From positions 1 to 37,063 of the IMG/VR virus record IMGVR_UViG_3300049140_000079: a stretch of 37,063 bases of DNA, one strand, 5' to 3'. The position numbers were made by a program, and so were the translations under genes. The DNA comes from a virus (lineage: Duplodnaviria; Caudoviricetes). Shown here piece after piece: positions 7,807-15,254 of the stretch (position 1 is the first letter of the stretch; every line of letters starts with the position of its first letter). The notes beneath the pieces were generated by a model. It had not been told where the DNA came from. It made no database searches and saw only the letters and a list, made by a program, of their open reading frames with translations.

Positions 7807-8303
7807 TCCGAGCTTCCGAGATACCGGCCCCTGACCGGCTCTGCGTCACCGATATCGCCTCATGGCACGCCCGCCCCCACCCCGACAACGAGGCAGGCGA
7901 CGAGCTCGGCCCGTGGCTGGTACTCGCGGGCGACGAGAACGACGTGTGGATCGAAGTGTCGCACGTCGAGTACCCGAAGAACGTCGCCGAGTTCATCGTC
8001 GAAGCCGTTCAGGCGCATGCCACCCGGTTGCGGCTGGCCGCCGCGTTCGAGGATGTCGCCCGCGAGCGGGGACGGTTGCGCGCCAATCGGCCTGGAGCGG
8101 ACCTGTACGAGGGTGTCCGCGGCAGGGTGGTGGTGATGTTGGCGGAGCTCGGCAAGCTCGCCGACGAAGCGTACGAGACCCCGCCTGCCGCCGACCGTGA
8201 CGCACAGGAGCGCCGCGTCTATGACCGGGTTACGCGCGTGGCAGCGCTGGCCGTGGCCTGGTTGGAGGCCATCCATTCCCGGTACGGGATCGGCGGTGCG
8301 TAG
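7803..8303 (+). CDS. Protein with C-terminal MazG-like all-alpha domain (degenerate active site)
   Basis: AFEDVARER...LAELGKLA...VTRVAALAVAWLEAI resembles phage MazG-like helices. Confidence 0.5.
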   Translation: MIRASEIPAPDRLCVTDIASWHARPHPDNEAGDELGPWLVLAGDENDVWIEVSHVEYPKNVAEFIVEAVQAHATRLRLAAAFEDVARERGRLRANRPGADLYEGVRGRVVVMLAELGKLADEAYETPPAADRDAQERRVYDRVTRVAALAVAWLEAIHSRYGIGGA

Positions 8304-8324
8304 ACCCCACGCCGCGCACACACG

Positions 8325-8358
8325 AACGCCCCGGCCGTTTCCCCGTGGCCGGGGCGTT
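8325..8358 (+). terminator. Stem-loop terminator ending the left operon
   Basis: aacgccccggcc/ggccggggcgtt 12-bp stem 22 nt after the stop codon. Confidence 0.75.
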
Positions 8359-8438
8359 GTCACGTTTGGCGCTCCAGAGTCTCCTCTGGAGCGATGCCAG
8401 ATTAGCGACCTAGTATCCGTTTTGTATAGATTCTGTTC

Positions 8439-8648
8439 GTGGCAGTTTGGCGCGGCCCCCGAGGCATCACCGTTGAGATCATCGTGCTCAACGGCTACCA
8501 ACGCTTCAAGGTGTGCCAGCACGTCAACGGCCGGAAATACCTGCTCGGCTATTACCGGGACTTGGCCGGCGTCCTCCGCCACGTGAAGGACTTCGCCGAC
8601 CTGGTCGAGGTCATCGACTTCCCCAGCGAGCGTCAGGCCGCATCCTGA
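8439..8648 (+). CDS. Hypothetical protein (69 aa), probably leaderless
   Basis: TAGATT -10 box at 8427-8432, 6 nt before GTG. Confidence 0.65.
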   Translation: MAVWRGPRGITVEIIVLNGYQRFKVCQHVNGRKYLLGYYRDLAGVLRHVKDFADLVEVIDFPSERQAAS

Positions 8649-8950
8649 GGATCACCTTCACGGGCCGCCTTCCGTAGCGCTGCCTCCGCCGCCAACGGGC
8701 CGCCATCACCCGTCCAACGCTTGTACTTCTGGAGCGACTCGAACGCCTTCCAGCGGGCTTCCCGCGCCGCCTCCAGCTCCGCCCGCTGCTTGTCCAGCAC
8801 TGCCCGCTGCTCGTCAGTCAGCTCTCCCGTAACAATCTTCATCGCCGACGGCATCGCAGCAGCGACACGTTCCACCTCCGCCTCGGCGGCGTCGAACCTT
8901 CTCCGGACTGCGATCGCGGCAGGAGTAGGCGGAATCAACTCAGACATCAT
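8633..8950 (-). CDS. Hypothetical helical protein (~105 aa)
   Basis: AGGGGGA RBS; coiled-coil-like sequence; convergent with previous gene. Confidence 0.55.
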   Translation of the reverse strand: MMSELIPPTPAAIAVRRRFDAAEAEVERVAAAMPSAMKIVTGELTDEQRAVLDKQRAELEAAREARWKAFESLQKYKRWTGDGGPLAAEAALRKAAREGDPQDAA

Positions 8951-9030
8951 TCCCCCTGGTGGTTCTGTGGTTCGAGGGGATGATACGGACATCGCTGCGG
9001 GCGATCACGTACCGGGGCCACGATGAGCGC

Positions 9031-9219
9031 ATGGACGATGACGCTCTTGACGAGCTCGTGGAACGAGGCGGACGCACCCCTGAGGAATGGGCGTCCCTCA
9101 CGCCTAACCAGCGTCTCCTAGCCTCCCTGGAAGCGCAGGCCGCCATCCGCGAGGAGATGCCGGCGTGGATGTGGCATCGGGCGCGAGAGGTGTGTCCCGA
9201 TCCGGACAGCGCTCCGTGA
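9031..9219 (+). CDS. Hypothetical protein (62 aa), possibly leaderless
   Basis: CACGAT -10-like box 6 nt before ATG. Confidence 0.5.
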   Translation: MDDDALDELVERGGRTPEEWASLTPNQRLLASLEAQAAIREEMPAWMWHRAREVCPDPDSAP

Positions 9220-9287
9220 CAACCTGATCACGCTTCCCGCCCTCTCATCTCCTGTCACGTTCCATCCCCCAAGCAACAGGAGTCCGG

Positions 9288-9737
9288 ATGTTCCGTCGCA
9301 TCGTTCCCGCCGCCGCTGCCGGGACGCTCGCCGTCGCCCTCGTCGCCTCGCCGGCTCAGGCCGCGAATCCCGCGGTGATGTTCACGAAGGTGTACTTCGA
9401 CTCGCCGGGCAAGGACACCCGCTCCAACAAGTCGCTGAACGCCGAGTACGTCGTCCTGCTCAACACGACGAAGAAGGCCATCCAGCTTGAAGACTGGATC
9501 CTCCGCGACAAGACGGGCTACAAGTACCGGTTCCCGGAGTTCACGCTGAAGCCCGGCAAGACCGTCACCGTCAGAACCGGCAGCGGGAACGACGGCAGCA
9601 GCGGCGTGTTCTGGAACCGCAAGCAGTACGTGTGGAACAACGACGGCGACACCGCGGGCATCTACCGGGCATCCGACCTGAAGCGCATCGACACCTGTTC
9701 GTGGGGCAGCGCAGGCGACTGGACCAACTGCAAGTAG
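9288..9737 (+). CDS. Secreted lamin-tail-domain (LTD) protein
   Basis: Signal peptide ending AQA; YFDSPGKD..LNAEYVVLLN..WILRD..TLKPGKTVTVRTGSG..YVWNNDGDTA consensus. Confidence 0.88.
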   Translation: MFRRIVPAAAAGTLAVALVASPAQAANPAVMFTKVYFDSPGKDTRSNKSLNAEYVVLLNTTKKAIQLEDWILRDKTGYKYRFPEFTLKPGKTVTVRTGSGNDGSSGVFWNRKQYVWNNDGDTAGIYRASDLKRIDTCSWGSAGDWTNCK

Positions 9738-9798
9738 TCCCAGCTAGCGCCCGTACTCGCCCAGGCTGCGGGCGCTTTCCATGTATCCGCATATTTGC

Positions 9799-9819
9799 CA
9801 TAATCGAACTTATGAGCGA
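9799..9819 (+). promoter_or_regulatory. -10 box overlapped by a putative LexA (SOS) box
   Basis: CATAAT 9799-9804; TCGAAC-TTAT-GAGCGA 9804-9819 fits the actinomycete CGAAC-N4-GNNCG motif. Confidence 0.55.
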
Positions 9820-9877
9820 GACGCGCGGATATGGGCAGGGCCTTCACCAGGAAAGATCAGACGCCTATCCTGGCCCC

Positions 9878-10444
9878 ATGCCAGTCTCAGCTCGCGACGT
9901 AGCAGCCGCCCTCCGCGAGCGGCATCCAGGACTGGGCAAGAAGAAGTTGCACAAGCTTCTCTACTTCGCCCAAGGCCACCACTTGGCTGTCTTCGGCCGA
10001 CCGCTCTTCTCCGACACCATCGCCGCCTGGGACATGGGACCCGTCGTCCCCTCCCTCTGGAAACAAGAGAAGGACGGCGACCCATGGCCCGGCGAGGCGA
10101 TGCCGCCCAAGCTCGGCGAAGCCGAACTCAACACGGTCGGCTACGTGCTCAGCCGGTACGGCCGGCTCAGCGGCCAAGACCTCGAAGACCTGTCCCACAG
10201 CCAGGCCCCGTGGCGTGACGCCAACGCGCGCCGCCTACCCGGCGGGAGCGTCCGCATCGAACCGGATGCCATCCGAGATTTCTTCGCTGCGGCCGAGGAC
10301 GCCGACGATGAGGACGGCATACGCCTGGACTCGGACGAGGTGCGCGCCTGGATGGCCGGCGCCGAAGAACGCCGGAACATCAAGCGCCAGCCAGACGATC
10401 CGGCCACGCTCCGAGCCATGCTGGCAGCCGCCCGTGACCACTAG
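9878..10444 (+). CDS. Panacea-domain (DUF4065/SocA-like) antitoxin
   Basis: KLHKLLYFAQG..PLF..IAAWDMGPVV..YGRLSGQDLEDLSH..PW signature; alternative start at 9812. Confidence 0.9.
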   Translation: MPVSARDVAAALRERHPGLGKKKLHKLLYFAQGHHLAVFGRPLFSDTIAAWDMGPVVPSLWKQEKDGDPWPGEAMPPKLGEAELNTVGYVLSRYGRLSGQDLEDLSHSQAPWRDANARRLPGGSVRIEPDAIRDFFAAAEDADDEDGIRLDSDEVRAWMAGAEERRNIKRQPDDPATLRAMLAAARDH

Positions 10445-10742
10445 CGAAGCCACACCGTACAAGCTGGAAGGCTTCATCGAGTGGATGGAGATCTGGGAGA
10501 AGAACGAACCCATCTCCGCAATCTCAGGCCAGAGGCGCATCGCCGTACTCGACTGGATCATGAGCAGGTACAGCGATCCCTACGCCGGCGCCCGGCGAGA
10601 GCCCGTCGCTGAGAACTACTGGTCCGCCAAGATCCCATGGACGCTGCATGACGGCCAGATGGTCGTCTGCTGCTTCTGGGTGTACGAGGAGACCCGGCGC
10701 GTAGTCTGCGATCAACTCACGACGCTCGGCTTGCCGTTCTAG
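10434..10742 (+). CDS. Putative cognate toxin (102 aa, possibly RelE-like fold)
   Basis: GTG start overlapping the antitoxin 3' end; helix-helix then beta-strand pattern (VVCCFWVYEETRRVV). Confidence 0.55.
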   Translation: MTTSEATPYKLEGFIEWMEIWEKNEPISAISGQRRIAVLDWIMSRYSDPYAGARREPVAENYWSAKIPWTLHDGQMVVCCFWVYEETRRVVCDQLTTLGLPF

Positions 10743-10755
10743 CTGTACAACACGA

Positions 10756-10791
10756 AGAAGCCCGCCCGTCCCGAAGGACAGGCGGGCTTCT
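10756..10791 (+). terminator. Intrinsic terminator after the TA pair
   Basis: agaagcccgcc..gtcc-cgaa-ggac..ggcgggcttct followed by cgtttctt. Confidence 0.8.
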
Positions 10792-10797
10792 CGTTTC

Positions 10798-10841
10798 TTA
10801 GCCCTAGGGCTATAGACATTCCTTAACCCTAGGGCTAACGT
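10798..10841 (+). promoter_or_regulatory. Sigma70/HrdB-type promoter with two palindromic operators
   Basis: -35 TAGACA 10813, 17-nt spacer, -10 TAACGT 10836; TTAGCCCTAGGGCTAT 10798-10813 and TTAACCCTAGGGCTAA 10823-10838. Confidence 0.8.
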
Positions 10842-10879
10842 TGTGGGTGTCGGCAGGAACGGCACCCAAGGAGCCCACG

Positions 10880-11230
10880 ATGACCTGGCAAAAGCTCAGC
10901 AAGAAGCAGCAGGACTTCGCCCGCCAACTCTCCGCCCGCATCCCGCACACCCAGTGCCCGCAGGCCAGCGTCAGCCAGGTCTCCAAGCACCTCGACGCCG
11001 TCGCCGAAGCAGCCCGCCAGACCGGACGCGGCCCCATCGAAGGCGCAGCGCTCAAGGCGCTCTGCCAGATCACCGGCTGGTCGTACATCGCCCCCGAGCG
11101 GCAAACGTCCGCCAAGGACCTGGCCGCCGAATTCGGGGTCTCGCTGTCCACCATCTACCGCCGCTGCCGTAACGGCCTGCTCGACGCCGTCAAGGTCGCC
11201 GGACGCTGGACCATCACCGTCACCGCCTAG
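10880..11230 (+). CDS. Protein with C-terminal HTH_17/excisionase-like HTH
   Basis: AAGGAG RBS; SAKDLAAEFGVSLSTIYRRCRNGLLDAVKVAGRWTI. Confidence 0.8.
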   Translation: MTWQKLSKKQQDFARQLSARIPHTQCPQASVSQVSKHLDAVAEAARQTGRGPIEGAALKALCQITGWSYIAPERQTSAKDLAAEFGVSLSTIYRRCRNGLLDAVKVAGRWTITVTA

Positions 11231-11240
11231 GAGCAGCCCC

Positions 11241-11885
11241 ATGGCTCAAGTCCACTACTCCACCGACTACGACGAGGTGTTCGCCTACGTCAACCAGCAT
11301 GGCGACAACGCCCGAATCCTCGAAGAGATCACCAGACAACTGGACGACGACTATCACACCGTCTGGCTCGACGGGCACTTCGTCTGGCACGCCTGGAATG
11401 AACCTGGTGAAAACGAGTGGTACCTCGACCACGAGACCGCCGGCGAAGCGCTGACCTGGCTCCGCGAGCAACTCGACGGGCAGGGCGTCTTCGATCGCAT
11501 CGCCGACCCCTCTCGCTACAGCGAGCCGGCCGAAGCCCGCTACGTCACCTCCGACGAGGACGCCATGGAGGAGTTCTACGACGTCGAACTCGCCGCCCTC
11601 GCACACGACCTCCCCGATGAGGTAACCCCCCGCGAAGTGGACCAGGTCATCCAAGCGCGGATCAACCGCGCGCGAGCGGAAGCGGCACGGCTGGCAAGCC
11701 TGCGTGCTCACCACGTCCGCGCGACCTTCCAAGGCAACGGGGAGCGCGGATGGAAAGCCGCCGCAGCCCGAAGCCTCCGCATCACCCCAGTATCGCTCGG
11801 GGACGTCCTCAAGGACGATGAAGCTCGCGCCGCACGCAGGCGCGAGTCCGCGGCCCGGGCCACGAATGACGACTACCTCACATGA
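11241..11885 (+). CDS. Acidic N-terminal domain + C-terminal HTH protein
   Basis: AGGAG RBS; D/E- and W-rich N-terminus; WKAAAARSLRITPVSLGDVL HTH-like segment. Confidence 0.75.
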   Translation: MAQVHYSTDYDEVFAYVNQHGDNARILEEITRQLDDDYHTVWLDGHFVWHAWNEPGENEWYLDHETAGEALTWLREQLDGQGVFDRIADPSRYSEPAEARYVTSDEDAMEEFYDVELAALAHDLPDEVTPREVDQVIQARINRARAEAARLASLRAHHVRATFQGNGERGWKAAAARSLRITPVSLGDVLKDDEARAARRRESAARATNDDYLT

Positions 11886-12394
11886 GGCCACTCAACGCGT
11901 CCTGGCACGACACGTGCATCGCTCTCGTGCAGGCAGGTCTCACCAGGAGACAGGCCGCCTACGTACTGGGCGTCGATGCCGTGACCATCCGGGACCACGC
12001 CAACCGCTTCCCTGACTTTCAACAGCGTTTAGCGGAGGCGGCGCCGCCTCGCCGGTACGGCCGACGCCCAAACCACGAGTGGCCGGTGGACATCGATGCG
12101 CTCCTGAGGGTCGTCAAGTACCTCATCGCTGGTGCCTACCTGAAGTACGCCTGCGAGCGAGCCGACGTGTCCGTACCAACACTTAAGCGGTGGCGACGCC
12201 GGTTCGAGGACGTGGACCGGCTGATTGTGGCCGCATCAATGGGACCCCGCAGAGTCCAGCCGTACTCGCGGTTGGTGTGCCCCGGCTCCCACTGCGGCAC
12301 CAAGACCGGCTACGACTACGGGTGCGACCGGGAACCATGCCGGAGCGAGGTGGCCCGTCTGGAGTGGCGGCGACGCCACCCGGACGCGCCCTGA
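11882..12394 (+). CDS. Tandem-HTH protein with C-terminal Cys/His motif
   Basis: GLTRRQAAYVLGVDAVTIR and LKYACERADVSVPTLKRWR; HCGTKTGYDYGCDREPC; ATGA overlap. Confidence 0.7.
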   Translation: MRPLNASWHDTCIALVQAGLTRRQAAYVLGVDAVTIRDHANRFPDFQQRLAEAAPPRRYGRRPNHEWPVDIDALLRVVKYLIAGAYLKYACERADVSVPTLKRWRRRFEDVDRLIVAASMGPRRVQPYSRLVCPGSHCGTKTGYDYGCDREPCRSEVARLEWRRRHPDAP

Positions 12395-12437
12395 CCGCCT
12401 TCGTCCATCAGTAATAGGTGAGAGGGAAGGAGAGGAC

Positions 12438-12761
12438 ATGCACCCGATCGCGATCCTCAACACCAGCATCGTCACCACGGACGGCACCTACACGCTGACC
12501 AGCATCAGCCTGGAGGACGCCTGCGCACTCGTCGCCACCTCGCCGATCGACTCGGCAGTGGGCCACGAGTCCACCGCCGCCCTACTCACCACCTTGCTGG
12601 GCGTCGAGGTGCCGACCAACCGCCAACTCTTCGCCCAGCAGATCGGCCAGCGCGCCCTGGTGTGCAAGCTGAACGGCCGCCCGCCAGAGGGCCAGGTCCT
12701 CAGCCGAGAGGATCTGGAGGCCATCGGCTACAGCTTCAAGATCCTGGAGCGCATGGCATAA
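12438..12761 (+). CDS. acrIII-1: DUF1874 / YddF / AcrIII-1 family viral ring nuclease (type III anti-CRISPR)
   Basis: ILNTSI..DGTY..ISLEDA..SAVGHESTA..LLGVEVPTNR..KLNGRPPEGQVLS..L..IGYSF; catalytic His (H43) and Arg/Glu motifs present; GGAGAGG RBS. Confidence 0.85.
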   Translation: MHPIAILNTSIVTTDGTYTLTSISLEDACALVATSPIDSAVGHESTAALLTTLLGVEVPTNRQLFAQQIGQRALVCKLNGRPPEGQVLSREDLEAIGYSFKILERMA

Positions 12762-12776
12762 GCCGCACACGAAAAT

Positions 12777-12850
12777 CGCCCGCCCCTCCCGAAGGAGAGG
12801 CGGGCGTAGTCGTCTCTACAGCACGAGAGCCCCGCACCAGGGCGGGGCTC
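12777..12850. terminator. Two hairpins at the convergence of the plus and minus arms
   Basis: cgcccgcc/ggcgggcg 12777-12806 and gagccccgc/gcggggctc 12827-12850. Confidence 0.7.
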
Positions 12851-12883
12851 AGGGCAAGGTTGGAGTCTCCTCCTGTGATCAGG

Positions 12884-13240
12884 CTAGCGGGCGGGCTGCT
12901 CGACCGGCCCGGACGCCGGGGTCACGTTGGCCCTGAGCACCAGCGCGAGCACGATCGACAGCACCGTGACCGTCGCTCCGATCTGGTCGGCGGTGAATTC
13001 CAGCCCGAACCCCGCCACAGCCGTCATCAGCGTGGACACCGCGCCGGTGAGCGCGGACACGACGATGGGCCGGGTCATGACCGTAACCACGATCGCCACG
13101 ATGGCGGACGCGATCGTCGAGATGGCAGCGGTCTGCACCTGCGACAGGTCCAGACCGTACGCGACCAGCAGCGCCACCAGCGAGTTCACGCTGTAGACGA
13201 TGACCGCGGGCTCCTGGCCGAAGATAGTGACCTTCTTCAC
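12884..13240 (-). CDS. Holin
   Basis: 118 aa, ~4 TM helices, IFGQEPA...RANVTP pattern of actinophage holins; GGAGG RBS; last gene of the late operon. Confidence 0.75.
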   Translation of the reverse strand: MKKVTIFGQEPAVIVYSVNSLVALLVAYGLDLSQVQTAAISTIASAIVAIVVTVMTRPIVVSALTGAVSTLMTAVAGFGLEFTADQIGATVTVLSIVLALVLRANVTPASGPVEQPAR

Positions 13241-13249
13241 GACGACCTC

Positions 13250-13831
13250 CTACGGCACCCAGTAGCCGAAGCTGAAGTTGTACGACTTGGAGGCGGCGGC
13301 GTCGCCGAGCTTCACCCACACGGTGTCCCACGGGGCGATCTTGCTGGAGCCGGGCCCGTTGTTGAAGATGTGGCCGTTGTAGCCGCACTTCGTCCACATG
13401 TTGCCGTACACGGCGTGGTAGACGACGCCACCCCGGGTGAACGTCCGGTTGGTGCCGGAGCCGACGTACACGCGCAGCACGTGCTGCGCGGGCAGCGTGG
13501 CAGCCGTGCCGCCGCCCTCCTGCGGGACGCTGGAGACCGTGATCCGGTTGCACTTGCCGGTGTAGCTGGCAGGCTGGCCATGACGCCACGCGTCTTCCAC
13601 AACCAGGCCGGCGACGTTCTTCGCCTCGGTGGTGTGCGTGTTCTTGATGTCGATGTACTCGGCGTTCCGGGTCTCCGGCTTGTCCGGGCCGTAGGCGTTG
13701 TAGCCGAACGCGCCGAGCGCCAGATCCGGGATGTCCAGAGCGGCGGTCGAGGCCGACGCCGGACTGGTGGTGGCCAGAGCCGCGGCGACAAGGACGCCGG
13801 CGAAGAGAGTCGCGCTCTTGTTGAGACGCAT
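13250..13831 (-). CDS. Second secreted lamin-tail-domain-like protein
   Basis: Signal peptide ending ASA; YNAYGPD..NAEYIDIKN..GLVVED..TLPAQHVLRVYVGSGTN..HIFNN..DTVWV aligns with the LTD at 9288. Confidence 0.7.
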   Translation of the reverse strand: MRLNKSATLFAGVLVAAALATTSPASASTAALDIPDLALGAFGYNAYGPDKPETRNAEYIDIKNTHTTEAKNVAGLVVEDAWRHGQPASYTGKCNRITVSSVPQEGGGTAATLPAQHVLRVYVGSGTNRTFTRGGVVYHAVYGNMWTKCGYNGHIFNNGPGSSKIAPWDTVWVKLGDAAASKSYNFSFGYWVP

Positions 13832-13968
13832 TTTGAGGATGCTCCTACAGGGAGGTGACATGAAGAGAGCGCCACCCGTCCGGGGCGGCGCTCGGGGAAC
13901 GCCCAGGTCAGGAACCTAAAAAATCGGCGCGATAAAATCACGCCCGGATTTAAGGTTCCGAACGGCGT

Positions 13969-14097
13969 TCAGTTCGCCTCATCAATGAGGCTCGGGATGC
14001 GCCCGTCTCCGGGCTCGTTCTCCGCAGGCTCGGGATGCCGCGGAAGCAAGGATGGGTACAGGGTGTGCCACCAGCGCAGCCACAGGCCGTCGCTCAT
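13969..14097 (-). CDS. 42-aa Trp-rich peptide
   Basis: TGATG coupling to the NTase stop codon. Confidence 0.4.
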   Translation of the reverse strand: MSDGLWLRWWHTLYPSLLPRHPEPAENEPGDGRIPSLIDEAN

Positions 14098-14456
14098 CAG
14101 GCACTCCAGTGCAGGGAGAGTCCCAACGCATGCCGAATGCCGTCGTAGCGCTCGTTGGCGTCCGTGACGCGCTGGAACTGGAAGTCGATCGGCAGGCTCG
14201 TGCGGATCCGACCTAGTTCGGAGATCGAGGCGCACAGCATCGACCAGCGTGTGTGGACCCGTCCAGGCGGCTGGAAGTCCGGGAACAGGGCGTCGAACTC
14301 CTCATCGGGCAGCAGCATGCGGACGTCCACGTCCCGCCACGTCTTGCCCAGAGCGGCGGATCCGACCAGGTACGGGGTATGGCCGAACGCCTCACAGAGG
14401 TCCCGGCCGAAGGCGTTCAGGTGCAGCAGCGCGGGCATGCCCACGCCGGCGGTCAC
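14097..14456 (-). CDS. Minimal Pol-beta-family nucleotidyltransferase-like protein
   Basis: YLVGSA..WRDVDVRM and third Asp in PIDFQ; GTGA overlap with the endolysin stop. Confidence 0.7.
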   Translation of the reverse strand: MTAGVGMPALLHLNAFGRDLCEAFGHTPYLVGSAALGKTWRDVDVRMLLPDEEFDALFPDFQPPGRVHTRWSMLCASISELGRIRTSLPIDFQFQRVTDANERYDGIRHALGLSLHWSA

Positions 14457-15253
14457 GACACCCTCGCCAGGGCGGCCCACGTCAGAGGACCGACCAGGCC
14501 GTCCGAGTCGAGCTTCTTCAGCTTCTGGAAGCCCTTGATGAGCTTGACGAACTCGTCGTCGTACCGGGTGCGGTCCAGCCACTCCTTCAACCCCGCCGCG
14601 GCGTAGACGGCCTCGGGCAGGTAGCCGCGGGCGTTCAGCAGGCCACGCGCCGTCTTGACGTCGTAGTTGTCGTCCCCGGGGCGGAGCAGGGGCAGGTCTC
14701 GCACAAGGTCCTCCGTCCATGAGGTGGTGTCGGCCGGCGCGACAGGCTCGCCACGCAGCAGCGTGGCTACGTCCCGTCGGAAGCTGGCCATGTTGATCGA
14801 GTGAGGGTCGGGCTTGGTGGAGTTGACCTCCTTGTGGCCCTTCACCGTGGACACCGGCAGACCGAACTCGCGGCACAGCTCGGCGCACAGTCGCTTGTAG
14901 GCGTCGAGCTGCTCAGCAGGCCACGGCGTCTTGCCGTCGTTCTCCGCCTCGATGCCGATGGACCGGGAGTTCGTGTGGCCCAGGGACAGGCTGGGCGCGT
15001 TGTGCCAGCACCGGCCCGCAGCAACGATGAAGATGCGGCCGTCACGGCGAAGCCAGATCTGGGACAGAGGTCCGTCCAAGCCGGGGCGGCCGTCCCTCAC
15101 CACGTGCATGTCGTTCCAGCCCGCGGTGTGGTGGCACACCACGCCGTCCACCTCTTGGAGAGGGCCGTGGCCTCGGGTCTTCCATCCCGATACCTCTGTG
15201 ACCGGGTGGCCAGTGCGGCGCGCCACCTTGGCGAGCTGCGTCAGATAAGGCAC
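14453..15253 (-). CDS. Endolysin: N-acetylmuramoyl-L-alanine amidase + peptidoglycan-binding domain
   Basis: CHHTAG, WHNA, SIGIEAEN, GHKE..KPDP; C-terminal IKGFQK..LDSDGLVGPLTW; AGGAGG RBS. Confidence 0.92.
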   Translation of the reverse strand: MPYLTQLAKVARRTGHPVTEVSGWKTRGHGPLQEVDGVVCHHTAGWNDMHVVRDGRPGLDGPLSQIWLRRDGRIFIVAAGRCWHNAPSLSLGHTNSRSIGIEAENDGKTPWPAEQLDAYKRLCAELCREFGLPVSTVKGHKEVNSTKPDPHSINMASFRRDVATLLRGEPVAPADTTSWTEDLVRDLPLLRPGDDNYDVKTARGLLNARGYLPEAVYAAAGLKEWLDRTRYDDEFVKLIKGFQKLKKLDSDGLVGPLTWAALARVS

Positions 15254-15254
15254 G

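Noticed and set aside
8425-8440. Possible LexA box at the 8439 promoter
   Set aside because: Only one half-site (GTTCG) matches
10880-11230. Excisionase marking an att site
   Set aside because: The HTH_17-like domain is fused to an extra N-terminal region and no integrase or att-like repeat is nearby
13867-13970. Known riboswitch (c-di-AMP or c-di-GMP) upstream of the secreted protein
   Set aside because: Conserved aptamer motifs not recognisable; kept only as an unexplained palindrome
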